From an uncultured delta proteobacterium (GTDB lineage Bacteria; Myxococcota; Myxococcia; Myxococcales; Myxococcaceae), in the NCBI GenBank assembly GCA_963796055.1, contig CAWCKH010000004.1, positions 3,594,990 to 3,658,989 on the forward strand: 64,000 nt of DNA, read 5' to 3'. Below are positions 41,416-50,645 of the stretch, in pieces. Positions within the stretch are counted from its first letter, which is position 1. The number at the start of each line of letters is the position of its first letter. A program made the translations under genes and the position numbers. The notes beneath the pieces are model-generated. The model was not told the DNA's origin, ran no database searches, and worked only from the letters and a program-made list of their open reading frames with translations.

Positions 41416-42243
41416 ATGACCGCCGTCGCGCCCGCCTCACCCGGGCCGTTGCTCGCGGTGAACAACATCGAGGTGGTGTACGATCACGTGATCCTGGTGC
41501 TCCGGGGCGTCTCACTGGAGCTGCCGAAGGGACAGATCGTCGCCCTGCTCGGCGCGAACGGGGCGGGGAAGACCACCACGTTGAAGGCGGTGAGCAATCT
41601 GCTCGGCGCCGAGCGGGGAGCGGTGACCAAGGGGAGCATCCTCTTTGACCGCGTCCGGGTGGATTGCCTCACCCCCTCCGAGTTGGTGAGGCGGGGGGTG
41701 ATCCAGGTCATGGAGGGCCGGCACTGCTTCGGTCACCTGACCATCGAGGAGAACCTCCTCACCGGCGCGTACACCCGGGGCGCTCGCCGGCGGGAGATCC
41801 GCGAGGATCTGGAGAAGGTCTACGCCTACTTCCCGAGGTTGCGGGATCGGCGCAAGGCGATGGCCGGCTTCACCTCGGGCGGCGAGCAGCAGATGACCGC
41901 GGTGGGGAGGGCGCTGATGGCGCGTCCGACCCTGATCCTTCTCGACGAGCCGTCGATGGGGCTGGCGCCGCAGGTGGTGGAGGAGATCCTGAGCATCGTC
42001 CGCTCGCTCAATCAGACCGAGGGGGTGAGCTTCCTCCTCGCGGAGCAGAATGCCGCCGCCGCGCTGCGCTTCGCGGACCACGGGTACATCCTCGAGGCCG
42101 GGCGGGTGGTGATGGACGGGGACGCCGCGACCCTGGCGGGCAACGCCGACGTGAAGGAGTTCTACCTGGGGCTTGGCGGGGCAGGGCGGAAGAACTTCCG
42201 GGACGCCAAGCACTACCGTCGGCGCAAGCGCTGGCTGGCCTGA
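41416..42243 (+). CDS. ABC transporter ATP-binding protein (LivF-like)
   Basis: GANGAGKTT, SGGEQQM, YRRRKRWLA C-terminus. Confidence 0.93.
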   Translation: MTAVAPASPGPLLAVNNIEVVYDHVILVLRGVSLELPKGQIVALLGANGAGKTTTLKAVSNLLGAERGAVTKGSILFDRVRVDCLTPSELVRRGVIQVMEGRHCFGHLTIEENLLTGAYTRGARRREIREDLEKVYAYFPRLRDRRKAMAGFTSGGEQQMTAVGRALMARPTLILLDEPSMGLAPQVVEEILSIVRSLNQTEGVSFLLAEQNAAAALRFADHGYILEAGRVVMDGDAATLAGNADVKEFYLGLGGAGRKNFRDAKHYRRRKRWLA

Positions 42244-42258
42244 GGAGGAGGGCGCGAG

Positions 42259-43494
42259 ATGGAGGCCGAGGATCCGAGCGAGCGGCGAGACCCGGAGGAG
42301 CGCGAGCGCGCCCTGATGAAGGTGCTGCCCCGGGTGGTCACCCATGCCTTCGAGCGGGCCCCCACCTACCGGCGGCGGGATCCGACCGTGGTCCCCGAGG
42401 AGGTCACCGACCGAGCGGCGCTGGCCAGGCTGCGGCTGGTGCGGAAGTCCGAGCTGGCGGAGATACAGCGCGGCGATCCACCCTTCGGGGGTCTGTCCAC
42501 GATCCCGGCGCCGCAGGCCGCGAAGCTCTTCTCCTCCCCGGGGCCGGTGTTCGAGCTCGAGCCCCGGAGCGAGGACCCGTGGCGGGCGGCGCGGGCGCTG
42601 CGTGCCGCCGGGTTCCGTGCCGGCGACGTGGTGCACAACAGCTTCTCGTACCACCTCACCCCCGCGGGCTCGATGGTGGAGACCGGGGCGCACGCGCTGG
42701 GTTGCGCGGTGATCCCGGCGGGGACCGCGCCCACCGAGGCGCAGGCGCTGGCTGCCGCGCAGTTCCGCGCCACGGCATACGGGGGGACTCCGTCGTTTCT
42801 GAAAGTCTTGCTCGACAAGGCGGCGGAGCTGAAGCTGGATCTCTCCTCGCTCACCCGGGCATCGGTCACCGCCGAGGCGCTCCCGGCAACGCTGCGGGCG
42901 TCGCTGGCCGAACGGGGAGTGCGGGTCCTCCAGTGGTACGGGACGGCGGATGCAGGACTGATCGCCTACGAGACCCCGGCGATGGAAGGGTTGGTGGTCG
43001 ACGAGGACGTCATCGTGGAGATCGTCCGCCCTGGGACTGGGGACCCGGTCCCACAAGGCGAGGTGGGGGAGGTGGTGGTGACCGTTCTCTCGGCCGACCA
43101 CCCGCTGCTGCGCTTCGCCACGGGAGACCTCTCGGCGATCCTCCCCGGCCAGAGCCCGTGCGGGCGGACCAACGTGCGAATCCGCGGGTGGATGGGGCGG
43201 GCGGACCAGTCGACGAAGGTGCGGGGCCTGTTCGTCCATCCGAGCCACCTGGCGGAGCTGGTGCGCCGGTACCCGGTGGTCCGTCGCGCCCGGCTGGTGG
43301 TCACCCGGCCGGGAGACCTGGACGTGATGACGCTGCGCGCGGAGGTGGCGCCCGAGGACCGGTCCCGGCTGGCCGAGGCGCTGTCGGCGACGATGCGCGA
43401 GCTGACCCAGCTCCGGGGCGAAGTGGAGCTGGTGGAGGCCTACTCGCTGCCGAACGACGGAAAGGTGATCGACGATCAGCGGCCGGTAGGCTGA
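42259..43494 (+). CDS. Phenylacetate-CoA ligase family protein
   Basis: FSYHLTPAG, YGTADAG, RFATGDLS, PNDGKVIDDQR. Confidence 0.88.
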   Translation: MEAEDPSERRDPEERERALMKVLPRVVTHAFERAPTYRRRDPTVVPEEVTDRAALARLRLVRKSELAEIQRGDPPFGGLSTIPAPQAAKLFSSPGPVFELEPRSEDPWRAARALRAAGFRAGDVVHNSFSYHLTPAGSMVETGAHALGCAVIPAGTAPTEAQALAAAQFRATAYGGTPSFLKVLLDKAAELKLDLSSLTRASVTAEALPATLRASLAERGVRVLQWYGTADAGLIAYETPAMEGLVVDEDVIVEIVRPGTGDPVPQGEVGEVVVTVLSADHPLLRFATGDLSAILPGQSPCGRTNVRIRGWMGRADQSTKVRGLFVHPSHLAELVRRYPVVRRARLVVTRPGDLDVMTLRAEVAPEDRSRLAEALSATMRELTQLRGEVELVEAYSLPNDGKVIDDQRPVG

Positions 43495-43552
43495 GCGAGC
43501 TGGTGGGGGGTGAACACGCTTCAGGAGCCGTCTGCGTCGCCTCTCATTCGCC

Positions 43553-43581
43553 TTGACGGATCACCAGTCCGCCGCTACAAG
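43553..43581 (+). promoter_or_regulatory. sigma70 promoter of tRNA-Met
   Basis: TTGACG-N17-TACAAG, 15 nt upstream of the tRNA. Confidence 0.6.
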
Positions 43582-43596
43582 CACCCCCCACATCGC

Positions 43597-43671
<75 letters not shown>

Positions 43672-43683
43672 TCCGAAAAACCT

Positions 43684-43724
43684 AAGCCCTGCAGCTACTT
43701 AGGCTGCGGGGCTTTTGTGTTTTT
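43684..43724 (+). terminator. Intrinsic terminator after tRNA-Met, overlapping the integrase 3' end
   Basis: AAGCCCTGCAGC...GCTGCGGGGCTT hairpin followed by a T-rich tract. Confidence 0.7.
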
Positions 43725-44801
43725 CGGTTCACTCACAGCAACCGTGTCCAAAACGCGTCCATGCTTTTCGAGCGTCCGGGCGGCGATTCGCAGGTCGCTC
43801 TCGTCGACGACGTTGTAGCGGTCGAAGACCGCGCGGGTGCGGTGTCCCGACATGCGCATCACGACGGATTCGGGGATGCCGGCCTTGCGCGCGCGGGTGA
43901 CAAAGCTTCGGCGGAGGTCGTGGAACCAGAGTCCGTGAAGCCCTGAATTGCGCACCGCGCGCCGGAACGGTCGCCGGAGGTCCTCCCAGGGCCTTCCCGT
44001 CTTGGGATTGGGGAGGACCGGAGCGGCGCCGATGCCGCGGGGAAGCCCCTTCAGCGCTCCCGCGAGCCGTGCGGTGAGCATCACCAGCCTCGGCGCCTCG
44101 GACTTCGTGTCCTGGGGGGCCAGGGTGATGGTGCCGCTGCGTAGGTCCACCTGCTCCCAGCGGAGGTCGAGGACCTCGCGCTTGCGCATGCCAGTGTCGA
44201 ACGCCATCAGGAGGATGGGGCGGAGCGGCTCCTCACTCGCTTCGAAGAGCCGGCCGAACATCTCCTCGTCGACCACCATCCGCCGGACGTTGGGCTTTCG
44301 GAGAAGCCGCGCCTCGGCAATGGGGTTGTGGCGGAGGGTGCCAAGCCGGACCGCGTGGTTCAGCACGCGCTTGAGCAGCTCGACCTCCCGGTCCAGCGTG
44401 GCCGGACTCGGTGGCCCACCCCGCTGGGTCTTCTCCGTTGACCGTCCGACCCGGTACTCCTCGACGTGACGGACGGTGAGTGCGCTGGCGCGCACCTGGC
44501 CGAGGTGACGGCGCAGGTGCGCGGCCCGCCCGGACTCGGTAGACCAGGCGCGATTCTCCTGCGCACCGAGCTTCTCGTACTGGGCCAACAGCTCGGCCGT
44601 GGTCTCGGTCGCCATCCGGTGTCGTTCGAAGAACTGGCCCTCGAAGGCATCGGTCTTGAGCTTGGCTTCCAGTGCCACGGCCTGCTCCCGGGTGGGAATC
44701 TTCGACTGCCGCAGTCGGATGGGTGGCCCGTCTGGACGCACGAGCCACGCATCCACCTTCCAGAGTGTCCTTCCGTACGACTGGTACTTCCTGACGCCCA
44801 T
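43695..44801 (-). CDS. Tyrosine recombinase / phage-type integrase
   Basis: TGMRKRE, FHDLRRS, SGHRT, DRYN: R-HxxR-H-Y catalytic set. Confidence 0.95.
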   Translation of the reverse strand: MGVRKYQSYGRTLWKVDAWLVRPDGPPIRLRQSKIPTREQAVALEAKLKTDAFEGQFFERHRMATETTAELLAQYEKLGAQENRAWSTESGRAAHLRRHLGQVRASALTVRHVEEYRVGRSTEKTQRGGPPSPATLDREVELLKRVLNHAVRLGTLRHNPIAEARLLRKPNVRRMVVDEEMFGRLFEASEEPLRPILLMAFDTGMRKREVLDLRWEQVDLRSGTITLAPQDTKSEAPRLVMLTARLAGALKGLPRGIGAAPVLPNPKTGRPWEDLRRPFRRAVRNSGLHGLWFHDLRRSFVTRARKAGIPESVVMRMSGHRTRAVFDRYNVVDESDLRIAARTLEKHGRVLDTVAVSEPKNTKAPQPK

Positions 44802-44843
44802 TCGTTTTCTCCTGGGCAGACGGGCGTCGCGGCCGGGAGGGTA

Positions 44844-45062
44844 CTACACGGGGGCTGACGTCGTGGACCGGGCCAGGAGCACGCGGTCGAGCTCCGGGCG
44901 GTAGAAGCGAAGGAGTCGCCCGAGGCGGTGTCCCGGAATGAGGCCGCGGCGCACGGCCTGGTACAGCGCCTTGCGGGAGGGGAGGGCAAGGTAGCCCGCG
45001 GCCTGCTCGGGCGTGAGCCAGTTCGCCGCGTCGACCTTCGGTCCCTCAGCGCCGCCGGCCAC
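44844..45062 (-). CDS. Excisionase-like HTH protein
   Basis: WLTPEQAAGYL...VRRGLIPGHRLGRLLRF; directly upstream of the integrase. Confidence 0.85.
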   Translation of the reverse strand: MAGGAEGPKVDAANWLTPEQAAGYLALPSRKALYQAVRRGLIPGHRLGRLLRFYRPELDRVLLARSTTSAPV

Positions 45063-45372
45063 GGGCCGAGGCTCCTGAGGAAGCAGGGTTCTGCTCGCGG
45101 AGCGTCTCGTAGCGGCGGAGCAGCAGCTCTTGGACGTAGCCCAGGATGTTGAGCTTCCTGGCCTTCATCTCCGCCTCGAGAACGTCGACCACGTACTGCG
45201 GGAGGCGGAAGCAGGTCCGAAGCTGGACGAGGACTTCCCGGACTGCCTCGGCGTTGTACGAGACGCCCAGCGCCGGTTTGAGGATCTCCTGGACGAAGTA
45301 GAGGTCCTCGGACGGGACCTTCACGTTGAGCGGCTGGAGCGCCTCGTCCTTCGGAAGCGGAGTCCTTCCCAC
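45046..45372 (-). CDS. Putative tandem ribbon-helix-helix DNA-binding protein
   Basis: Two strand-helix-helix patterns: LNVKVPSEDLYFVQE...AEAVREVL and CFRLPQYVVDVLE...LGYVQELL. Confidence 0.6.
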   Translation of the reverse strand: MGRTPLPKDEALQPLNVKVPSEDLYFVQEILKPALGVSYNAEAVREVLVQLRTCFRLPQYVVDVLEAEMKARKLNILGYVQELLLRRYETLREQNPASSGASARGRRR

Positions 45373-45450
45373 ATCTCAAGTAGATTCTAAATAGAACCCA
45401 GAGTCAAGCCTGAGCTTGCGGCATCTCAACAGCGCGGGCACCGTCGTGGA

Positions 45451-46825
45451 ACGAGTCAAGACATCGCTGACAGTTGACTGCAGGGTGACGGCGGGTTTCT
45501 CAGGCGTTTACGGCTCGCGCGTTCAGCAGCGCGTCCTGGGTGACAGTGGCGTTGACAGCCTCTGAGTACGGTGCGTTGACGGGTGTAACGGAGCTGACGT
45601 CATCGGGTGTCAGCACGTTCGCCAGCGGGGCGATCTCGATCATCCCGAGGTCGACGCCGAAGAAGTGAGCTCGCCAGCGCAGGATCCCTTCCTGCTTGAG
45701 ACCGACGATCTGGCCCGCGAGGGCCGTGCTGACGAACACCACGTCGTCGTTCACCGAGATGGTCCCCACCTTCGAGACCAGGCGCGTCTTCCACTCGGGC
45801 GGGTAGCTCGGGACGAGCGGGTCGAGCGAGCGACGCTCCGAGTCGCGATAGACCTCCGCTGGCGTCTTGCCACCGAGCGCATCGTGGGGGCGGACCTCGT
45901 TGAACTCGATCACCCAACGATCGCACGCGCGCTGCTGAGCGCGGCGGGTACGGGCGGGGTTGAGCTCCAGCTCGCTCAGGTCCCGATGCATCCGCTCGTG
46001 CCCGCCGTTGTCCTGCGGGCACCCGGGACGTGAGCGCACGACACGGATCCCGAGCGAGACGAGCCACGCCGAGAGCCGACTCAGTCCGCCGCGGCCGCGG
46101 GTGGATACGAATGGCGTGCCGTTGTCGCTCTGAATGGCGGCTGGCAGGCCGTGCCGCAAGAACAAGCTCCGGAGGACACGCCGGACCTCTTCGGCCCTCA
46201 CCGAGCCGAGGAGGGTCACGGCGAGGACCTTCCGGCTGAACCCGTCTCGCACCGTGAGCGGCTCGCACCGCTCGCGGTTTCGAGCTCGCCACCAGCCTTT
46301 GAAGTCCATCGTCCACAGGTCGTTCGGCCCGTGCACCTCGACCCGCGGGCGCCCGTCGACGCTCCACACTCGTACGCGCGGTCGGTGTCGCCTTAGCCTC
46401 CCGAGCCGATGCAGGACCCGCGCTACGGTGCTCTTGCTCGGCCCGTCCTCGCCCAGCGTGCGCCGAAGCACCCGGGCGATCTTGTCCGGCCCCCAGGTCT
46501 GGTGCTGGTCGCGCAGCTCGAGGATGCGGACGACAATCTCCTCGCCGGTGGTGAGCGGGCTCGAGAGCGGGCGACGGCTCTGCTCGACGAGGCCCGTGTA
46601 TCCCCGCGCGCGGAAGCGCCGAAGCCACTTGTGGCCGGTCTGCCGGGAGATGCCGTACTCCCTGCAGAGCGCCGAGATGTTCGCCCCCATCGCGCTGGCC
46701 TTCTCGATGAACTCCAGCTTGTGGCTCATGACTCGCTGCTCTTTCCAGGGCACGCGACAGTCGAGCAGCCGAAACTGTCAGCGATGTCCTGAACCGGTTT
46801 TGGTCAGCGATGTCCTGGTACAGCA
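45451..46825 (-). mobile_element. IS481-family insertion sequence (ends approximate)
   Basis: Inverted CA(A/G)GACATCGCTGAC repeats at 45457 and at 46773-46817 (two copies) flank the transposase. Confidence 0.8.
45500..46753 (-). CDS. IS481-family DDE transposase
   Basis: MPWKE start, HTH, WTMDFKG, QSDNGTPF, PQDNGGHERMHR, RPHDAL. Confidence 0.92.
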   Translation of the reverse strand: MPWKEQRVMSHKLEFIEKASAMGANISALCREYGISRQTGHKWLRRFRARGYTGLVEQSRRPLSSPLTTGEEIVVRILELRDQHQTWGPDKIARVLRRTLGEDGPSKSTVARVLHRLGRLRRHRPRVRVWSVDGRPRVEVHGPNDLWTMDFKGWWRARNRERCEPLTVRDGFSRKVLAVTLLGSVRAEEVRRVLRSLFLRHGLPAAIQSDNGTPFVSTRGRGGLSRLSAWLVSLGIRVVRSRPGCPQDNGGHERMHRDLSELELNPARTRRAQQRACDRWVIEFNEVRPHDALGGKTPAEVYRDSERRSLDPLVPSYPPEWKTRLVSKVGTISVNDDVVFVSTALAGQIVGLKQEGILRWRAHFFGVDLGMIEIAPLANVLTPDDVSSVTPVNAPYSEAVNATVTQDALLNARAVNA

Positions 46826-47118
46826 CCCGTGGACCGAGCCTTACGGGTCCGCTCACTCCGCGGAGCCCGTGTCCGGTCGCCTGCCCCATCTCGGCGGCCA
46901 TTCCGAGTTCGATGACTTGCTGGATGTCAGGTACCGACAGAGCCCAAGTGGCCAGGCAGCTGTCGGTCGTTTCGCCTCAAGAGGCGGCGCCGGCCGGCTC
47001 GCTCGACCTGCTCCGGAGACGCGCGTTCCATCGTTGCTCACGCCTTTCCTCGCTGCCCTCCCGTCCTTCCTGACTCCATCACAAGACCTTTCCTCATCAG
47101 GACTCTACAAATGAGGAT

Positions 47119-47267
47119 CCTTTCGCCCTCGCCCACCCCGTTTGAATTCAGGGGTACCCAGAGTTTTCCGCTCACGCCCTCAGTTTCATGGTTGTGAGGG
47201 CGTGAGCGGAAAACTCGGGGGTGCTGCCGGTGCTGCGTACGAAAACGGGCTGGGCGAGGGCGCAAGG
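47119..47267. repeat. Long nested inverted repeat (hairpin)
   Basis: Perfect 22-bp arms 47161-47182/47195-47216; outer 20-bp arms 47124-47143/47243-47262 with one mismatch. Confidence 0.9.
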
Positions 47268-47295
47268 GCGCGGAATGGCGGGCGATGGTCATCCG

Positions 47296-47399
47296 AATCC
47301 GCCCTACGTTCCGCCCTGGAAGTGGCCCGGGAATACGCCCAATCCAGGAGCGTATTCTCGGGCGTATTTGCGGGCCAATTGGAGGGCCATTTCAGGGCG
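47296..47399. repeat. 12-nt-phased symmetric repeat array
   Basis: (C/G)GCCC at 47300, 47312, 47324, 47336, then G(G/A)GC(G/C) at 47348, 47360, 47372, 47384. Confidence 0.75.
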
Positions 47400-47482
47400 C
47401 GCCGGCAATCGATTGCGGGCGATGCCAGCGACGGCCCAAGGCGGGGTCAGCGCGGTGGCTTCCGCGTGTGCCTCCCTAGTGC

Positions 47483-48025
47483 TTAGCGCACGCGCACCAT
47501 CGGGAGCGGACGAAGCGGGTGGCGCAGCGCCCAGTGGGCGGCGGTCCTCAGGAGGATGGCGTGGAACCCATGGTAGGGGAAGCGATTCGCCACCTCTCGC
47601 ACAAAGGCGGCCGACAGACCGGCCCGGAGCGTTCCGCGGCTGACGTCCACGAGATCGGCCCGGCGAAAGGCATCCCGTAGGGCTGGCTCGATGCCGGTCC
47701 GGGGTCGTCGGAGCAGATGATGATCGTATATCAGCAACGCGAGTAGCTCGGCGTCGATTCCCGGCGCTCCCTCGCGACGAAACGCCTCGGCCCGCTGCTG
47801 CGAGGGCCCGAGATAGTCGAATGTCCGGTCCGACCAGATGCCGAGGTCGTGGAAGGCAGCAGCGAGCGCGAGCTCGTCGTCGTGCTGCTCCGTGCCGATC
47901 AGGGCTCGGGCGTAGTTCAGGACCCGGTAGGCGTGTCCCGAGTAGGCCTCGCGGGCTGCGCGTAGAGCGCCACCCCAGCGCGCCTCCATCTCTTCCACGA
48001 AGGGGTGACGCTCAAGAACGCGCAT
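47483..48025 (-). CDS. HD-domain protein
   Basis: YSGHAYRV, AAAFHDLGIW, RRADLVD. Confidence 0.8.
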   Translation of the reverse strand: MRVLERHPFVEEMEARWGGALRAAREAYSGHAYRVLNYARALIGTEQHDDELALAAAFHDLGIWSDRTFDYLGPSQQRAEAFRREGAPGIDAELLALLIYDHHLLRRPRTGIEPALRDAFRRADLVDVSRGTLRAGLSAAFVREVANRFPYHGFHAILLRTAAHWALRHPLRPLPMVRVR

Positions 48026-50645
48026 CTAGCGGGAGAGCCGGCGGGATGGCGCCGTCACCCAGGCCGTTACGCACGAGGGCGATCGCAACCGTTCGATCGA
48101 GACGAGAACCGTCCGCGAGGACCTGCACCATCACTTCTTGACCGAGCCTGGCTGTAGCACGCGCGCGAAGCTCGGCCTCGCTCCGTCGCATCGATGGCCA
48201 CGCCCGGAGCCCGGCCCGCTGCCGGAGCCCCTCGGCAGCCCCCAGCGCCAGCGCCGCCTGCCGGAAGTCCTCTTCGGCCAGGGCGAGCTGGCCATGGGCG
48301 ATGAGCGAGAAGGTCAAGGTCTGGGTGCTGAGCTGGCCGCCGTCTCTTGCCTCGACGGATTCCCGCAACAGCGCCCGAGCCTCGTCGAGGCGATCAGTCG
48401 CCACGGCGAGCGAGGCGAGCTGGGTTTGCGCACTCGAACTGAGCCAGTGGTTTCCCAACTGGCCGCCGAGCGCGCTGGCCTCGGCGAGGTGCACGCGCGC
48501 GGCGTCGTGTCGGCCGAGCCCGAGCTCCAGCAGCCCAGCGGTGAACAGGGCCCATCCTATGAACGGGTCATTCCGGCGGCGGAAGCCATCGAGGGCGGTC
48601 AATGCGGCCTGCAGGCCGCCCTCGAGGTCTTCGACGATGGGCCGGACCCACGAGATCGCCAGCTGCACTGCGCTCTTCAGAGACGGATCGTCGATGCGGC
48701 CGGCGAGGCGTTCGAGCTCGGTGACCTCAGCCAGCGCGACCTGGTCCTCCCCAACCTCGACTGCCGTCACAACCGAGATCAACGACAGCTCGGCTCGTGC
48801 CCGGTCGTCCAGAGCGTCGGTTCGAAGCCGGAGCTCCCGGATCCATGCTCGTCCATCCGGCAGATGATCGCGCATCTGCCAGAAGAGCCAGAGGATTCGA
48901 AACATGTGTGGCAGCGGCGTGAGGTCGTGGTTCAGGAACCAGCGGATGGCGACTCCAAGATTCCCTTCCTCGGTCCTCAACCTTTCCGCCCATTCGGCCT
49001 GTCTCTGAAGTGGCCAGTCGGCGTTCTCCACGAGCGCACCGAAGTATTCGGCGTGCCGCCGCTCAACGTCCGCTCGATCTGCACGGGCAGCAAGGCGCTC
49101 GGCGGCCAGTTCGCGGATCGAGGAAAGCATCCGGAACCTCGGCTCGGCGTTGGTCGAATCGACGCTGACCAGACTGTGCCGAACGAGGGCATCGAGCAGG
49201 TCGAGCGTTCGTTCCTCGGTCAGATCGGAAACGTGCGTCGCTGCCGGGATCGTCCAGCCCTCGACGAAGACGGACAGCGTGGCCAGCATCTTCAGCTCCG
49301 AATCATCGAGGAGACCGATGCTCCACTCGACCGTGGCGCGCAACGTGCGCTGTCGCTCGGGAAGATCCGTCGGGCCTGTTCCGAGCGCGTCGAGGCTCCT
49401 GGTCAGCCGTTCGAGCAGCATCTTTGGCTCCAGAAGGCGGACACGAGCGGCGGCAAGCTCGATGGCCAGCGGCAGACCATCGAGGCGCCTGCAGATCTCC
49501 GCCACGTCGGACGCGTTGTCCGCAGTCAGAGTGAAGCCATAGCGCACCGCCTGTGCTCGCTCCACGAACAGCCGGACCGCGGCGAGCGCGGCCAGCTCCT
49601 CCAGCGTGGGTCGACGTGTGAACGCGGGCACCGTCAGGGCACCGACGCGGTATTCATGCTCCGCGCGCAGACGCAGCACCGTCCTGCTCGTGGCCAGGAT
49701 CTTGAGAGCGGGACAACGGGCCAGAAGCTGGTCGAGCTCAGGTCCGACACCAACGACTTGCTCGAGGTTGTCCAGCACCAGCAGCGTCGGAGTGTCCCCG
49801 AGCCCCTCGCTCACGACGTCCACGGCCGGGCGCGTGTCCTCGAGGGAGGCGCCGACCGCAGCGGCGATGCGCGGAAGCACGAGCTCAGGCTGGAGAATCG
49901 AAGCGACCGGCACGAAGACTGCGCCCTGAGGGTAGTGCGCCTCCAGCTGCGCGCCGACCGCGACCGCCAAGCGCGTCTTCCCGATGCCTCCGGGACCCGT
50001 GAGCGTGACCAGCCGTACCCCGTCCGTCTCCAACAGCTTGGAGATCGCCGCGACGTCGTCCCCGCGACCGATCAACGAGGTCGAGGTCACCGGCAAGGAG
50101 CGCGGGAGCTTCCGGGTGGCGTTCGAGGGCGAGGAGGGGCGAGGGGAATGGTCGTCTCCGGCTGCGAAACGCTCACTCAGAAGCACGGCGAGATCGGTCC
50201 GGACGAGTCGCCCGAGCTCCCGCGGGGTACGGAACAATCGATAGGAGATGGTCCCCTTGGTCTGGAGCTCCTCAATCATCGCGGTGAGCCGCGCCTCCCG
50301 GTGAGGCGCCGGAGTCTTGATGTAGATCAGGCGAGGCATCGAGACGGAGAGCCGGAACTCGTCCTCCAGCCCCGAGATGTCCATCTCCGGGCCGATCCAG
50401 CCGTAGCGCTCCCAGTACAGGCCGATGAAGATGTCGGACTGTGCGAGGTAGGCCCGGTACAGCTCCCTCGGCGCGTGCGATTGAGCTCCCGACTCGAAGA
50501 GAACGGGCGTGAGTCGAAGCGCGGAAATGGCGCGCGACACGGCGATGCGTTCCTCGGCGAGCTCGGCCAGGGTCGAGCTCACGAAGACGCGCAGACGCTG
50601 GTCCGGTGTCCGAATCACCCCGATGCTCCGGTCCTCCGCCCTCAT
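48012..50645 (-). CDS. DUF4062 + STAND (NB-ARC-like) ATPase + TPR-like repeat protein
   Basis: LRVFVSSTLAEL...FIGLYWERYG; GPGGIGKT, LVLDNLE, TSR, DGLPLAIELAA; helical C-terminus. Confidence 0.88.
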   Translation of the reverse strand: MRAEDRSIGVIRTPDQRLRVFVSSTLAELAEERIAVSRAISALRLTPVLFESGAQSHAPRELYRAYLAQSDIFIGLYWERYGWIGPEMDISGLEDEFRLSVSMPRLIYIKTPAPHREARLTAMIEELQTKGTISYRLFRTPRELGRLVRTDLAVLLSERFAAGDDHSPRPSSPSNATRKLPRSLPVTSTSLIGRGDDVAAISKLLETDGVRLVTLTGPGGIGKTRLAVAVGAQLEAHYPQGAVFVPVASILQPELVLPRIAAAVGASLEDTRPAVDVVSEGLGDTPTLLVLDNLEQVVGVGPELDQLLARCPALKILATSRTVLRLRAEHEYRVGALTVPAFTRRPTLEELAALAAVRLFVERAQAVRYGFTLTADNASDVAEICRRLDGLPLAIELAAARVRLLEPKMLLERLTRSLDALGTGPTDLPERQRTLRATVEWSIGLLDDSELKMLATLSVFVEGWTIPAATHVSDLTEERTLDLLDALVRHSLVSVDSTNAEPRFRMLSSIRELAAERLAARADRADVERRHAEYFGALVENADWPLQRQAEWAERLRTEEGNLGVAIRWFLNHDLTPLPHMFRILWLFWQMRDHLPDGRAWIRELRLRTDALDDRARAELSLISVVTAVEVGEDQVALAEVTELERLAGRIDDPSLKSAVQLAISWVRPIVEDLEGGLQAALTALDGFRRRNDPFIGWALFTAGLLELGLGRHDAARVHLAEASALGGQLGNHWLSSSAQTQLASLAVATDRLDEARALLRESVEARDGGQLSTQTLTFSLIAHGQLALAEEDFRQAALALGAAEGLRQRAGLRAWPSMRRSEAELRARATARLGQEVMVQVLADGSRLDRTVAIALVRNGLGDGAIPPALPLDARS

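Noticed and set aside
47119..47399. Retron msr/msd or CRISPR interpretation of the structured region
   Set aside because: No reverse transcriptase or cas gene in the window, and no repeat-spacer periodicity of CRISPR size
43695..47460. Prophage
   Set aside because: No terminase, capsid, tail or lysis genes
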